Source: a virus
Taxonomy: Duplodnaviria > Caudoviricetes
Virus record (IMG/VR): IMGVR_UViG_3300022723_000184
Location: 137,947-201,946 of that record
Length of the DNA stretch: 64,000 nt
Strand: one strand, 5' to 3'
A program made the translations under genes and the position numbers. Below, in pieces: positions 27,294 to 36,682 of the stretch (position 1 is the first letter of the stretch; each line of letters opens with the position of its first letter). The notes under the pieces are model-generated. The model saw nothing but the letters and a program-made list of their open reading frames with translations, searched no databases and was not told the origin of the DNA.

Positions 27294-28055
27294 ATGCGAG
27301 ACCAGCAAGACACACCGCGAAGGCGCAGGAAGATGCGGACCGTTCCCGGCGAGGCCTACTCCGATGCCGAGCTTCGGGTGGCCACGATCCTGTACAACAC
27401 GTACACGATCGAACGGCAGCGGCACATCAACAGCCAACGGCTGAGGGCCAACGCCTACAACCCAGCCAAGTGGAAGAGCGAGATCCGGGAAGACGTCTCG
27501 GAGAACGTCGAGGACGGGCAGTCGGCGAAGAAGTCGGACGAGTGGATCAGGCTGGCAAGGGCCATCCTGGCCCGCCAGATGGATCCCGAGTTGTTCATCC
27601 GCCGGCAGTTCCAGGTCCTCGACGTGGGACACCGGCCGCCGTGGCCTCGGGAGCTTGGTACGGCCAAGGCCTTGGACAACTACACCCGGGGCCAGGACGT
27701 GTCCCGCGATGAGATCCGGATCAAGTTCAAGACGCAGCTGGACACGGCGACGACCAACATGATTGTCGCGCAGGCCGAGGGTGCCGAGGGTTCCGAGGCC
27801 TGGGACGATGTGCTCGGTGACGAGGACCTGTCGCTGTCGCCGCTGTTCCGATACTGCTTGTCCCGCAACATCGCGAAGAACAGCGGAGACGAAAACTTTA
27901 AGGCCCTGGCTCGCCGCTTCCGTGAGGGAGCGGCTTTGCAGTATCTGCGGGATCCAGCGGCTTACGAGGAAGTTTGGGGTCGGGATTGGATCCCGGCCGG
28001 GTTCCAGCGCCGAGCGCAAGAGATCTACGACAAGGTCTACGGCCGAGAAGGGTAA
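27294..28055 (+). CDS. Hypothetical protein in the replication cluster
   Basis: 253-aa ORF between two helicases. Confidence 0.7.
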   Translation: MRDQQDTPRRRRKMRTVPGEAYSDAELRVATILYNTYTIERQRHINSQRLRANAYNPAKWKSEIREDVSENVEDGQSAKKSDEWIRLARAILARQMDPELFIRRQFQVLDVGHRPPWPRELGTAKALDNYTRGQDVSRDEIRIKFKTQLDTATTNMIVAQAEGAEGSEAWDDVLGDEDLSLSPLFRYCLSRNIAKNSGDENFKALARRFREGAALQYLRDPAAYEEVWGRDWIPAGFQRRAQEIYDKVYGREG

Positions 28056-28058
28056 GGC

Positions 28059-29690
28059 ATGGCGAAGAAGAACAAGGAAGTGGCTAGGCGGGCAGCCGCA
28101 GACCCCGCCAAGAAAGAACGCATGATGGCGATCCTCATCCAGAACGATGAGGTGTACAACGCCGTGGCCGAGGCCCTCAAGCCGGAGCTGTTCCCGTCGC
28201 ACGACATGATGTATTCCGTGCTCTGGGGCGTGGTGAAGAAGTTCAAGGAGGAGCACGAGGATTTCCCCGACTACCAGCTGTTGCAGGCTGAGGTCTCGGA
28301 CGTGCTCGGCGACGACCCCGACCTGTTGAACGACACGGAGATCGACGAGCTGAACCAGTTCATCGACTTCGCGTTCGACAAGGACTCGTTTGACGACAAC
28401 CCGGCGACGTCCTCGAAGTACGCCAGGTGGGCCATCAAGCAATTTCGGGCCTTCCTGGAAGAGCGAATCGCTCACGAGGCGAGGGATCAGATCTACAAGG
28501 ACAACTCGGTGCCGGTGAACCTGCCCGACCTGCTGGACGACCTGCAGAACCGGGTCGAGCAGGTGCGGGCCGTGGCCGACGGTACTGTCAAGCCAGCGTT
28601 CCCCGAGGACTGGGACAAGAAGACGGCGCTGCAACTGTTCAGCACCGGAATCTCGTTCCTCGACCGGTTCCTGGGCGGCGGCCACGCCAACGGCGAACTG
28701 TACGGGATCCTCGGGCCGTACGGCAGCTGCAAGACCACGCTGGCCATCATGATCCTGGTCAACGCGGCCAAGGCCTTCCTCGCTCAGTCCAAGACCGGGG
28801 ATAACCCCAAGAAGAAGATCGCCTTCATGGTCAGCTACGAGGCCCGCCTGCCTGAGATGCGGGCTCGTTCCCTGGGCTACGCCGCGAAGGTCCAGCGGAG
28901 CACGATGGAGAGCATGACGTCGAAGGACGACCTGTCGACGTCCGGTAACCTCCGCCCCTACGAGAAGCGGCTGTTCAAGAAGAAGATCGCCCAGGGCAAG
29001 AAGGTCAAGGGCGAGCGGGAGCGGATCGACGCTGCGACCGGGTGGATGAACGAGCACATCTCGTTCATCGACATGACCGGGTACGACGACGATCACCGCA
29101 AGGCCGGTGGCGGCGGCATCAAGGAAATCGCCCGCCGCATAAACCAGGTGCTGCGGGCCAACCCTGGCACCGAGTGCGGCCTCGTGGTCATCGACTACGT
29201 GGGCGCCATGGTCAAGCGACAGATGGCTGCCGAGGACCTGGACGACGCCGCTCGCCGGCATCTGATCTCCGACACGCCCCTCCTCACCAAGGCACAGATC
29301 GCGGACCAGTTTGACTGCCCCATCTGGTTCATGCACCAGATGTCGGGTGAGGCCAACGCCCGCGGTGAAGGCGCGAAGATGCACCACACGGACTCGGCGG
29401 AGGCCAAGAACTTCGCCGAGAACCTGGACTTCGCTTTTGTGTTGGGTAACACCAACTCGGACAACCTGGCGACGCTGGCCTGCACCAAACGCAGACGCCA
29501 GCCGCCTAAGGACTCAACGATCATCAAGATCGATGGCGGCATGAACCGGGTGCTGGACATGGAGGACAGGTTCGTCCTCGACACCAGGACCAAGAAGATC
29601 ATGTCGCACGATGAGCAGCATAAGCTGCCGCACGCTCCGGGCGAGCAGGCCGCGGCCTCAGCCCCGAGCCCCGTAATGCTGGATGAGTGA
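28059..29690 (+). CDS. Replicative DNA helicase (DnaB-like)
   Basis: GELYGILGPYGSCKTT, LVVIDYVG, WFMHQ; directly upstream of the primase. Confidence 0.82.
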   Translation: MAKKNKEVARRAAADPAKKERMMAILIQNDEVYNAVAEALKPELFPSHDMMYSVLWGVVKKFKEEHEDFPDYQLLQAEVSDVLGDDPDLLNDTEIDELNQFIDFAFDKDSFDDNPATSSKYARWAIKQFRAFLEERIAHEARDQIYKDNSVPVNLPDLLDDLQNRVEQVRAVADGTVKPAFPEDWDKKTALQLFSTGISFLDRFLGGGHANGELYGILGPYGSCKTTLAIMILVNAAKAFLAQSKTGDNPKKKIAFMVSYEARLPEMRARSLGYAAKVQRSTMESMTSKDDLSTSGNLRPYEKRLFKKKIAQGKKVKGERERIDAATGWMNEHISFIDMTGYDDDHRKAGGGGIKEIARRINQVLRANPGTECGLVVIDYVGAMVKRQMAAEDLDDAARRHLISDTPLLTKAQIADQFDCPIWFMHQMSGEANARGEGAKMHHTDSAEAKNFAENLDFAFVLGNTNSDNLATLACTKRRRQPPKDSTIIKIDGGMNRVLDMEDRFVLDTRTKKIMSHDEQHKLPHAPGEQAAASAPSPVMLDE

Positions 29691-30760
29691 TGGCTGAGTA
29701 TTTGAATCCAAGTTTGCACCGCCGGCTCGTGCGGGACTTCGGGCACGTCAAGGTCTCCAACGAAGGGGAGAAGATGCTCGCTAAGTACAAGCGGGACTTC
29801 TTCTCAGGGGAAGACAAGCTCGACGTGATGTACCCGGGCGAGTACTACCAGGTGAACTGTCCCAAGTGCAGCGACACCCGGCACCGGCTTTACATCAACC
29901 ACATGTGGGGCGTCCGCGACGAGCGAGGCCGCCGGAACCTGTGGCTGATGGTCTGCTACAACGAGGGGTGCTTCTCCTCGTACCGCGACCGGGAGGACCT
30001 GTTCGACCGGCTGGAAGAGCGCGCTGGCGTCCTGGGCAAGGCCAGGATCCACGAGGGCAAAGAAGTCGACCTGGACTCGATCGAGATCGAGCCGCCGGGC
30101 CCGATTACGCGGCTGGACAAACTGCCGCCTGAGCACCCGGCCAACCGATACTTGGTCAGCAGGTTTTACGATCCGGAGCGGCTGGGGAGGTGCTACGGAG
30201 TCGGTTACTGCCAAGAGAGCCTGTATTACCTGGCTCGAAACCGCGTGTACGCACCGTTGTATTTCGGCGGAAAGCTGCGCGGTTGGCAGTGCCGGTACGT
30301 GGGCGAGATCGACAAGCGGAACGAAAACCCTCCGCCGAAGTGGTGGAGTTGTCCCAACATGAAGAAGTCCCACGTCATCTACAACTACGACCAGATGAAG
30401 AAGTGGCAGACCGGGGTGATCGTGGAGGGCCCCGGCGACGTCTGGGGCTTTGGTCCGATGGCCGGCGCTACGCTCGGCGCCACCATGTCTCCCCAGCAGC
30501 AGCGGCTGTTCACGGCCGCGTTCCGGAAGCAGGGCGGCGTGCTCCTCTACGACCCCGAGGCCATGGTGGCCAAGGACAAACACGGCAAGCTCAAGATGGA
30601 GCGGCTGGCTGAAAAGCTGTCGTCCGGCACCAAGCTGGGCGTGGCTCCGGTCACCCTTCCGTACGGAGATCCCGGAAGCCTGGACCGACGGTTCATGCGA
30701 GAGTTCGTGACAAAGGAGGCCGCGTCGATGGGCGTGAAGGTCTCCTGGAAGAAGCGGTGA
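29690..30760 (+). CDS. DNA primase (zinc ribbon + TOPRIM)
   Basis: CPKCSD...C zinc ribbon, GWQCRY, VIVEGPGDVW, YDPE, DPGSL. Confidence 0.85.
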   Translation: MAEYLNPSLHRRLVRDFGHVKVSNEGEKMLAKYKRDFFSGEDKLDVMYPGEYYQVNCPKCSDTRHRLYINHMWGVRDERGRRNLWLMVCYNEGCFSSYRDREDLFDRLEERAGVLGKARIHEGKEVDLDSIEIEPPGPITRLDKLPPEHPANRYLVSRFYDPERLGRCYGVGYCQESLYYLARNRVYAPLYFGGKLRGWQCRYVGEIDKRNENPPPKWWSCPNMKKSHVIYNYDQMKKWQTGVIVEGPGDVWGFGPMAGATLGATMSPQQQRLFTAAFRKQGGVLLYDPEAMVAKDKHGKLKMERLAEKLSSGTKLGVAPVTLPYGDPGSLDRRFMREFVTKEAASMGVKVSWKKR

Positions 30761-33700
30761 CGATGGCCAAGCAGAAACGACGCAAGGTGATCAAGGACCT
30801 GGATCGTCACCGCAGCCGCGGTAAGGCGAAGGAGGTCCAGGACGAGCTGGACGGGATCGGGATGTACCCGCTGGACGCTCCGGGTATGCCCATGCCGGGC
30901 CCGGATTTCCTGGAGAACGCTCGGAGGCTCGGGGACAAGAACAAGGAGCGGACCGACAAGGTCACGCTGCCCGATGGTCGGCGGAAGACCGTTAAGTCGA
31001 TCGAGCCCGGCGAGTGGCTGGAGGTGTTGCACGCTCGGGCCCTGCGGGATCCTAACTTCAACATGTCGATCCAGGTGAAGGCGGGCCTACGCAAGCAGGT
31101 CAATTTCGTGCCCGGTCACATCTGGGGCCAGCACCAGAAGGAGTACGCCCAGGGCATCGACCTGCCGGTGGACGGGCCGAGGCCGGCCGACATCATGGTC
31201 ATTGGCAAGATGCCGGGCCAGACCGAGGTCCAGGAGAAACGCAACTTCGTGGGCGAGTCCGGGGCCCTGCTCCTGGAGGTGCTCCGGGATCTCAAGATCA
31301 AGGGCATGGGCAAGTGGTACATCACGAACCTGTGCAAGTTCCACCCGCCTGACGGGCAGTCGACGCTCAAATCGGGCTGGATCAAAGACTGCATGCCGTT
31401 GCTCCACCAAGAGCTGCGGATCGTCAGGCCCAAGTACATCTTGTGCCTGGGTGCCGATGCCTCGAAGGAGCTGTTGGGCAAGAAGAACAACGTCCACTAC
31501 ATGGACGGCCGGGTCGTGGAGCTGGAGTACCCGATCAACGTGGATGGTGAGGAGGTGCTGCACAAGTCGCACGTGATGACCGTGGTCCATCCGGCCGCGG
31601 TAGCCCGGGCGCCGGAGCAGCGACGCATGTTGGAGCGAGGACTTTCCCGCTTCGACATGCTCACCAAGGGCATCCGCTGGGACCTGGAAGAGAAGGACAT
31701 CGACCACCGGGCCATCCGTACGCTGGAAGAACTCAAGTCGCTTCTCTGGGAGATCGAGAATGACCCAACCAAGAAAGACAGGGTCATCGCCGTCGACGCC
31801 GAGTGGCACGGCGAACACCCCGTCAATAAAGGAAGCTATGTACGAACGGTTCAATTTGCGTGGCAAGAGAAGAGAGCTTGTGCGGTCGTACTTCGAGGTC
31901 CTGGCGGAAAGGTTACGTTCGTCGACGAGGACGGAAAGCCCGCCATCAAGCGAGGACTCAGGCTCCTAAGCAAGTTCTTCAAAAACAAGCGGGTGGTCGG
32001 CCACTTCTTTGTGGCTGACCTTGAGTGGTTGGTCGACATCGGCCTGGATCTTGTCCCGAGCTACCGCGTGCCCCTCCGGGACAAGCGGGTGGACCAGTTC
32101 AGCGGCCGACTCAAGCGGCGGTACGAGAAGCTGGGCTTCAGCGACCGCGACTACGTTCCCGCTTGGCTCCGCACCAAGTACGAGGGCGGCGCCGACACCG
32201 GCCTCATGGCACACGCTATCGAGGAGACCGCCATGCTGGGCTTGGAAGGCCTGGCCATGCGGTACACGACCGTGCCCCGGTACGACATCCCGCTGCACGA
32301 GTGGCGGGAGCAGTTTTGCAAGGACCGCGGTCTCAAGTCGAAGGACTTGGAGGGGTACGGCGAGTGCCCCGACGAGATCCTGATCCCGTACGGCATCTAC
32401 GACGCCGACGCTACCCTGCGGCTCTTCTACGCGCTGAACAAGTTGCTCGACTACGACTACGAGGGCAACTGCTGCCGCGAGCCGTTCTGGGAGGCGATGA
32501 TCGCGTGCCCCGCGATCTTGGAGATGCACCAGACCGGCATCCCCGTCCACAAGCCACGCATCGACTACCTCACCGAGGTGTTCATGGAGGCCCGGACGGA
32601 GATGGAGGCCAAGATCCGCACCTGGGCCAAGTGGTCGGAGTTCAACGTTCGGTCGGTCCAGCAGGTGCGGGAGTTCCTGTTCGGCGAGCAGCTGAATGGG
32701 AAGGTGACCAAGGACGGCGGGACCGTGAGGATCCGCCCCAAGGGCGCCAAGAGCCTGTACGTTGAGCCCCTGCTAGACACGGGCAAGCCTCCCACCCAGT
32801 GGTGGCAGGTCAAAGAGAAGGGCCTGGAGGGCGAACGCAGCCCGTCCACCAACAAGGCGGTGCTCGCCATCTTGGCCCAGGAAAACGAGGAGGCATCGGA
32901 CCAGATCAACTGGCTCCGGGACTATCGCTTCCTCGACCAGGTGCTCAAGAGCCTTCTGAGACCGCCGGTCACCGATGACGACGGCAACTGGCTGATGGAG
33001 TCGGACGGCGATGGGCTGGGCGGCCTGCTGTTCGACGCCGGCCTGGCCAGCGTGGTCTGCAACGACGGTCGGGTCCGCACCCACCTCTATCCCACGACTG
33101 AAACGGGGCGGTGGCGTTCGGCTCGACCCAACCTGCAGAACATCAGCAAGCAGAGAGATGCCGACTACGTCCGGATGCTTGGCGAGAAGTACAAGCACAA
33201 GCTCCGCTCGATTCTCAAGGCCCCTCCCGGGTACCTGCTGATCGAGGCCGACTACATCGGGGCCGAGCTGTACGGCATGGCCACGATGTCCGGCGACGAG
33301 GTGATGATCGACCACTGTCAGCGAAACCAGCTGCCGGAGGACGACCCCAACTTCTATGACATCCACTCGAACGTGGCGGTGTTCGCGTTCAAGCTGGACT
33401 GTCCGCCCACGAAGGCGGGGCTCAAGGCGATCAACAAGGCCCACCTGCGGATCGTGGCCAAGAGCGTGATCTTCGGCATCGCGTACGGACGTGGTGCCAA
33501 GGCCATTGCGCTGGCGGCCAAGGAGCAGGGCGTGGAGATCACGGCCGACGAGGCCCAGCAGGTGATCGACACGATCTTCGACATGTACCCTGGCCTCCGT
33601 CCGTTTTTCGAGGAGTGCAAGAGCCGGGCTATCAACGACGGCTGGCTTTGCCACTGCTTCGGCCGGTTCCGCCGGTTCCCGCGGACGGACGACTACAAGC

Positions 33701-34098
33701 TCCAGGGCGAGTTCGAGCGGCAGGCGACCAACTTCCCGATCCAGGGGATGATCGCCAGCGCCGTGGACCGGGCGGTCGCCGAGATCTACGAGTACCGGCA
33801 CGAGGTCGGGGTGCCCGACATGTACAAGATGGTCCTGCAGATCCACGACGCCGTGGTCCTGCTGGTCCCGTACGAGCACGCCGAGCGGGTGGTGGACGAG
33901 GTGCTGCCTGTTTGCATGCAGCAGCGGGTCCCCATCTACCCGACCAACCTGGCTGGCGTCCCCACCGGAAAGGGCCCCTATACCCTTGGCATCGACACCG
34001 AGGTCATGGTCCACTGGGGCGAACACGTCACTAAGGAACAGGCCGCCAAGTGGGGCGTGCCTAGCGTCACCGCGGGCGGCACGAAGCTGGTCGCTTGA
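30757..34098 (+). CDS. polA: Family A DNA polymerase with an N-terminal uracil-DNA-glycosylase-like domain
   Basis: UDG family-4-like GKMPG/FVGESG/TNLCKFHPP/HPAA; exonuclease VDAEW; TETGRWRSARPNLQNI, ADYIGAEL, KSVIFGIAYG, NFPIQG, QIHD. Confidence 0.92.
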   Translation: MTMAKQKRRKVIKDLDRHRSRGKAKEVQDELDGIGMYPLDAPGMPMPGPDFLENARRLGDKNKERTDKVTLPDGRRKTVKSIEPGEWLEVLHARALRDPNFNMSIQVKAGLRKQVNFVPGHIWGQHQKEYAQGIDLPVDGPRPADIMVIGKMPGQTEVQEKRNFVGESGALLLEVLRDLKIKGMGKWYITNLCKFHPPDGQSTLKSGWIKDCMPLLHQELRIVRPKYILCLGADASKELLGKKNNVHYMDGRVVELEYPINVDGEEVLHKSHVMTVVHPAAVARAPEQRRMLERGLSRFDMLTKGIRWDLEEKDIDHRAIRTLEELKSLLWEIENDPTKKDRVIAVDAEWHGEHPVNKGSYVRTVQFAWQEKRACAVVLRGPGGKVTFVDEDGKPAIKRGLRLLSKFFKNKRVVGHFFVADLEWLVDIGLDLVPSYRVPLRDKRVDQFSGRLKRRYEKLGFSDRDYVPAWLRTKYEGGADTGLMAHAIEETAMLGLEGLAMRYTTVPRYDIPLHEWREQFCKDRGLKSKDLEGYGECPDEILIPYGIYDADATLRLFYALNKLLDYDYEGNCCREPFWEAMIACPAILEMHQTGIPVHKPRIDYLTEVFMEARTEMEAKIRTWAKWSEFNVRSVQQVREFLFGEQLNGKVTKDGGTVRIRPKGAKSLYVEPLLDTGKPPTQWWQVKEKGLEGERSPSTNKAVLAILAQENEEASDQINWLRDYRFLDQVLKSLLRPPVTDDDGNWLMESDGDGLGGLLFDAGLASVVCNDGRVRTHLYPTTETGRWRSARPNLQNISKQRDADYVRMLGEKYKHKLRSILKAPPGYLLIEADYIGAELYGMATMSGDEVMIDHCQRNQLPEDDPNFYDIHSNVAVFAFKLDCPPTKAGLKAINKAHLRIVAKSVIFGIAYGRGAKAIALAAKEQGVEITADEAQQVIDTIFDMYPGLRPFFEECKSRAINDGWLCHCFGRFRRFPRTDDYKLQGEFERQATNFPIQGMIASAVDRAVAEIYEYRHEVGVPDMYKMVLQIHDAVVLLVPYEHAERVVDEVLPVCMQQRVPIYPTNLAGVPTGKGPYTLGIDTEVMVHWGEHVTKEQAAKWGVPSVTAGGTKLVA

Positions 34099-34100
34099 CG

Positions 34101-34130
34101 TTGCAGAGAGGTAGGCCGCCGTGGTAAAAT
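34101..34130 (+). promoter_or_regulatory. Sigma70-like promoter with extended -10
   Basis: TTGCAG-18 nt-TAAAAT with a TG dinucleotide upstream of the -10. Confidence 0.45.
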
Positions 34131-34294
34131 CAGGACCGCCGAAAGGCACCGCAACCACCGTTGAACCGCACCCGAAGGCCGAGGATCTGATACCGCTCGC
34201 AAAGAAGGCAAGGTAGGCGTGCTCCGCATACCTGGCCGACTGCGAAGAGAAGTATCAGCGGCGAAGAAAATGGAGGAAAAGGAACAGGATCCCT

Positions 34295-34771
34295 GTGCTC
34301 GCACTCTGCGGGTACGGCCGAGCCGGCAAGGACTACTCAGCAAAATACCTGTGTTCCCTGACCGCGATGCAGTACGGAGGCAGCACGTCTTCCGTCGTAG
34401 CGCCGTTGATCGCCAACGCTCTGAACCAGCCGGTTGATCAGACGTTCGCCGAGCGGCACGACAACCGGATGTTTTGGTTCGAGTTCTGCAACGCACTCCG
34501 CCTCCACGACCCGTCGATGTTGGCCCGTATGAACCTGGGCAGTGGCGACATGGTGGTCGGGATCAGGAGTGAGGTCGAGCTTCACGCGTGTGTTTCGCAA
34601 GGCGTGGTCGACTACACGGTCTGGGTCGATAACCCAAGGGCAGAGTTGGATCCGACGGTTGAGTATGGCCAAGAAGACTGCCACCTCACCGTGAGTAACT
34701 GTGGGTCAAGGCTTCAGCTTTTCGAGAAGCTCGACAAGCTGTTGGACCTGATGAGCAAAACGTACTTTTGA
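34295..34771 (+). CDS. Deoxynucleoside monophosphate kinase-like P-loop protein (start uncertain)
   Basis: LALCGYGRAGKD P-loop; GIRSEVE. Confidence 0.7.
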   Translation: MLALCGYGRAGKDYSAKYLCSLTAMQYGGSTSSVVAPLIANALNQPVDQTFAERHDNRMFWFEFCNALRLHDPSMLARMNLGSGDMVVGIRSEVELHACVSQGVVDYTVWVDNPRAELDPTVEYGQEDCHLTVSNCGSRLQLFEKLDKLLDLMSKTYF

Positions 34772-34787
34772 CAGGAAGGAAGCCATC

Positions 34788-36575
34788 ATGGCAAAACAAC
34801 GAAAAGGAAGTCGGCTGAAGCCTCGCGGCGCCGGCCAGTACAGCAACAAGACACACGCCAAGGGCGACAGCTCGATGCCGCCCGACGACAGGTCGCTCAA
34901 GACCAACCTGGCCCGCGTCACCCTGGTCCGGCCCAAGTTCACCGGCGGCCCCCTGTGGTTCCGCCCGTGGCCGTGCCCGGACTTCGCCGATCCGGAGAAG
35001 CTGGTCCCCGGCCGCGAGTCCACCGAGGCCCGTGGCCAGAGCCAATGGATCGTCCGGGCCGAGATGGCCCCATACATCGGCCTCAACGATCCGGCCTGCG
35101 AGAAGGTGAGCTTCATCACCCGCTACCCGTGGGACCGTGAGGCCAAGCGGAACAACCCGTACCGCGTCCTCTACTTCGCGGCCAAGGACGCTCACGAGGC
35201 CGGCTCCTTCGGGCCCGGCCGCAAGTGGGACTCCTACTGGAACAAGATCCTCAGCGGCAAGAAGGGGCGTGGCGCCGAGCTGGGCTCCCCCTCGCCAAAG
35301 TGGTTCGTTCAGGGCGTGGTGTACGCTAACGGCGAGAAGGACTACACGGCCGATCGCGACCTGCCGCTGGGCATGGACCCGGCGGACGACCTGGTCGTCA
35401 TCCAGATGTCGTCGAGCGCCGGCGGCAAGCTCCTGGACCTCCTTGACATCCCGAAGAAGAACTTCGACGGGGATCCCGAGGAGACCCCTTGGGCGGCGTA
35501 CAAGTACGGCGACTCTTGCGGCATCGTGAACCCGAAGACCGGGGGCATCGATGGCGGCCTGATCATGGGCCTGTTCAACCCGGAGAAGACCAAGGACATC
35601 GTGAAGAACACGTCCTGGGATCCGGACGAGAAGGACCGTGACATCAAGGGCTACGAGGCGGCCATCAGGGCCAGCTTTAAGGGCGCGGACGGCGACGTCT
35701 ACAAGCCCTCGCTCGACGCCGCCCAGGTGCAGCACATCGGCGAGAAGATACAGTTCTGGTGGGACGACGTCGACGAGGCCGGCAACATCCAGTCTCCCGG
35801 CCTCCTGTGGGTCCCGTCGATCGAGGAGCAGTGCGTCCTGATCGCCAAGGCCTTCCGCACCGTCCCGCGGCTCCTGCAATACGCCTGGGCCGACTTCGAG
35901 GACGAGTTCCTCACCGACGACGTGCGTGGTGTGCTCAACGCCCGCAAGTCGGCGGTCATGCCGGGCACGGACGGCGACGAGGACGACGATGATGACGACG
36001 GCTTCGAGGATAAGAAGCCGCCGAAGCGTGGGGGCGCCAAGCAGGATCCCACACAGGCCTCGCAGGACGACGACGATGACGACGAGTTCGAGGACGAGGG
36101 TGAAGAGGAGTCCGAAGCCGAAGCCGAAGGCGACGAAGGCGAAGAGGAGGGTGACGACGATGGCGACGACACCTTCCCCGACGACACGGTCGACGACGGC
36201 GAGGGCGAGGAAGAGCCCGAGTCCGAGGACGGCGACGACGAGGGCCTCGAAGACGATGACGACGAGGACTTCGGCGAAGACGACGAAGACTTCGGCGAGG
36301 ACGCTGGCGAGGAGGAAGGGGAGGAAGAGCCCGAGGGCGACGACTCCGACGACTCTGAGGACGAGGACGGCGAAGAGGAGGAAGACTCTGAGAAGGCCAT
36401 GAGGGCCTCGCTCGACGCCGCCAAGGCCCGCCAGGCCAAGCGTGCCACGAAGGCCGCCCCGGCCAAGAAGTCGACGTCGAAGAAGACGACCGCCAAGAAG
36501 ACGGGCTCCAAGAAGGCCACGTCGAAGAAGACGACGAAGAAGACCTCGGCCAAGAAGACCAAGGCCAAGGGCTGA
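34788..36575 (+). CDS. Possible ssDNA-binding protein with a long acidic tract and a Lys-rich tail
   Basis: 595 aa between polA and the recA-like gene; about 140-aa D/E tract, then KKTTAKKT-type tail; function inferred from position and composition only. Confidence 0.45.
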   Translation: MAKQRKGSRLKPRGAGQYSNKTHAKGDSSMPPDDRSLKTNLARVTLVRPKFTGGPLWFRPWPCPDFADPEKLVPGRESTEARGQSQWIVRAEMAPYIGLNDPACEKVSFITRYPWDREAKRNNPYRVLYFAAKDAHEAGSFGPGRKWDSYWNKILSGKKGRGAELGSPSPKWFVQGVVYANGEKDYTADRDLPLGMDPADDLVVIQMSSSAGGKLLDLLDIPKKNFDGDPEETPWAAYKYGDSCGIVNPKTGGIDGGLIMGLFNPEKTKDIVKNTSWDPDEKDRDIKGYEAAIRASFKGADGDVYKPSLDAAQVQHIGEKIQFWWDDVDEAGNIQSPGLLWVPSIEEQCVLIAKAFRTVPRLLQYAWADFEDEFLTDDVRGVLNARKSAVMPGTDGDEDDDDDDGFEDKKPPKRGGAKQDPTQASQDDDDDDEFEDEGEEESEAEAEGDEGEEEGDDDGDDTFPDDTVDDGEGEEEPESEDGDDEGLEDDDDEDFGEDDEDFGEDAGEEEGEEEPEGDDSDDSEDEDGEEEEDSEKAMRASLDAAKARQAKRATKAAPAKKSTSKKTTAKKTGSKKATSKKTTKKTSAKKTKAKG

Positions 36576-36588
36576 TCGCAGTCGGTGG

Positions 36589-36623
36589 GGGGAGGGCCGA
36601 ACAACCGGCCCTCCCCTATTTTT
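36589..36623 (+). terminator. Rho-independent terminator
   Basis: GGGGAGGGCCG-AACAAC-CGGCCCTCCCC-TATTTTT. Confidence 0.8.
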
Positions 36624-36635
36624 GACCGCTGGGGA

Positions 36636-36671
36636 GTCGTAATGTCCGCTCACCGGCTTGGAAGATGAGAC
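36636..36671 (+). repeat. Solitary CRISPR repeat copy
   Basis: GTCGTAATGTCCGCTCACCGGCTTGGAAGATGAGAC, 30/36 ungapped identity to the R4/R11 repeat variant; ends 11 nt before ATG 36683. Confidence 0.9.
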
Positions 36672-36682
36672 GAAGGAACCCG

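Noticed and set aside
28134-28151. CTCATC-CAGAAC-GATGAG, same stem as the CRISPR repeat
   Set aside because: Inside the helicase CDS (LIQNDE); lacks the CTG prefix and the AC end; plausible by chance
26961-29387. Long antisense ORFs (also 34686..36653, 7583..8845, 32773..34158, 53104..54399)
   Set aside because: Shadows of well-supported + strand genes in GC-rich DNA; no motifs
3732-34216. Possible TAG recoding, suggested by in-frame TAGs in the endonuclease (3732) and upstream of the kinase (34214)
   Set aside because: Many genes end at TAG with the next gene immediately adjacent (1960, 8545, 16702, 27293), which fits the standard code
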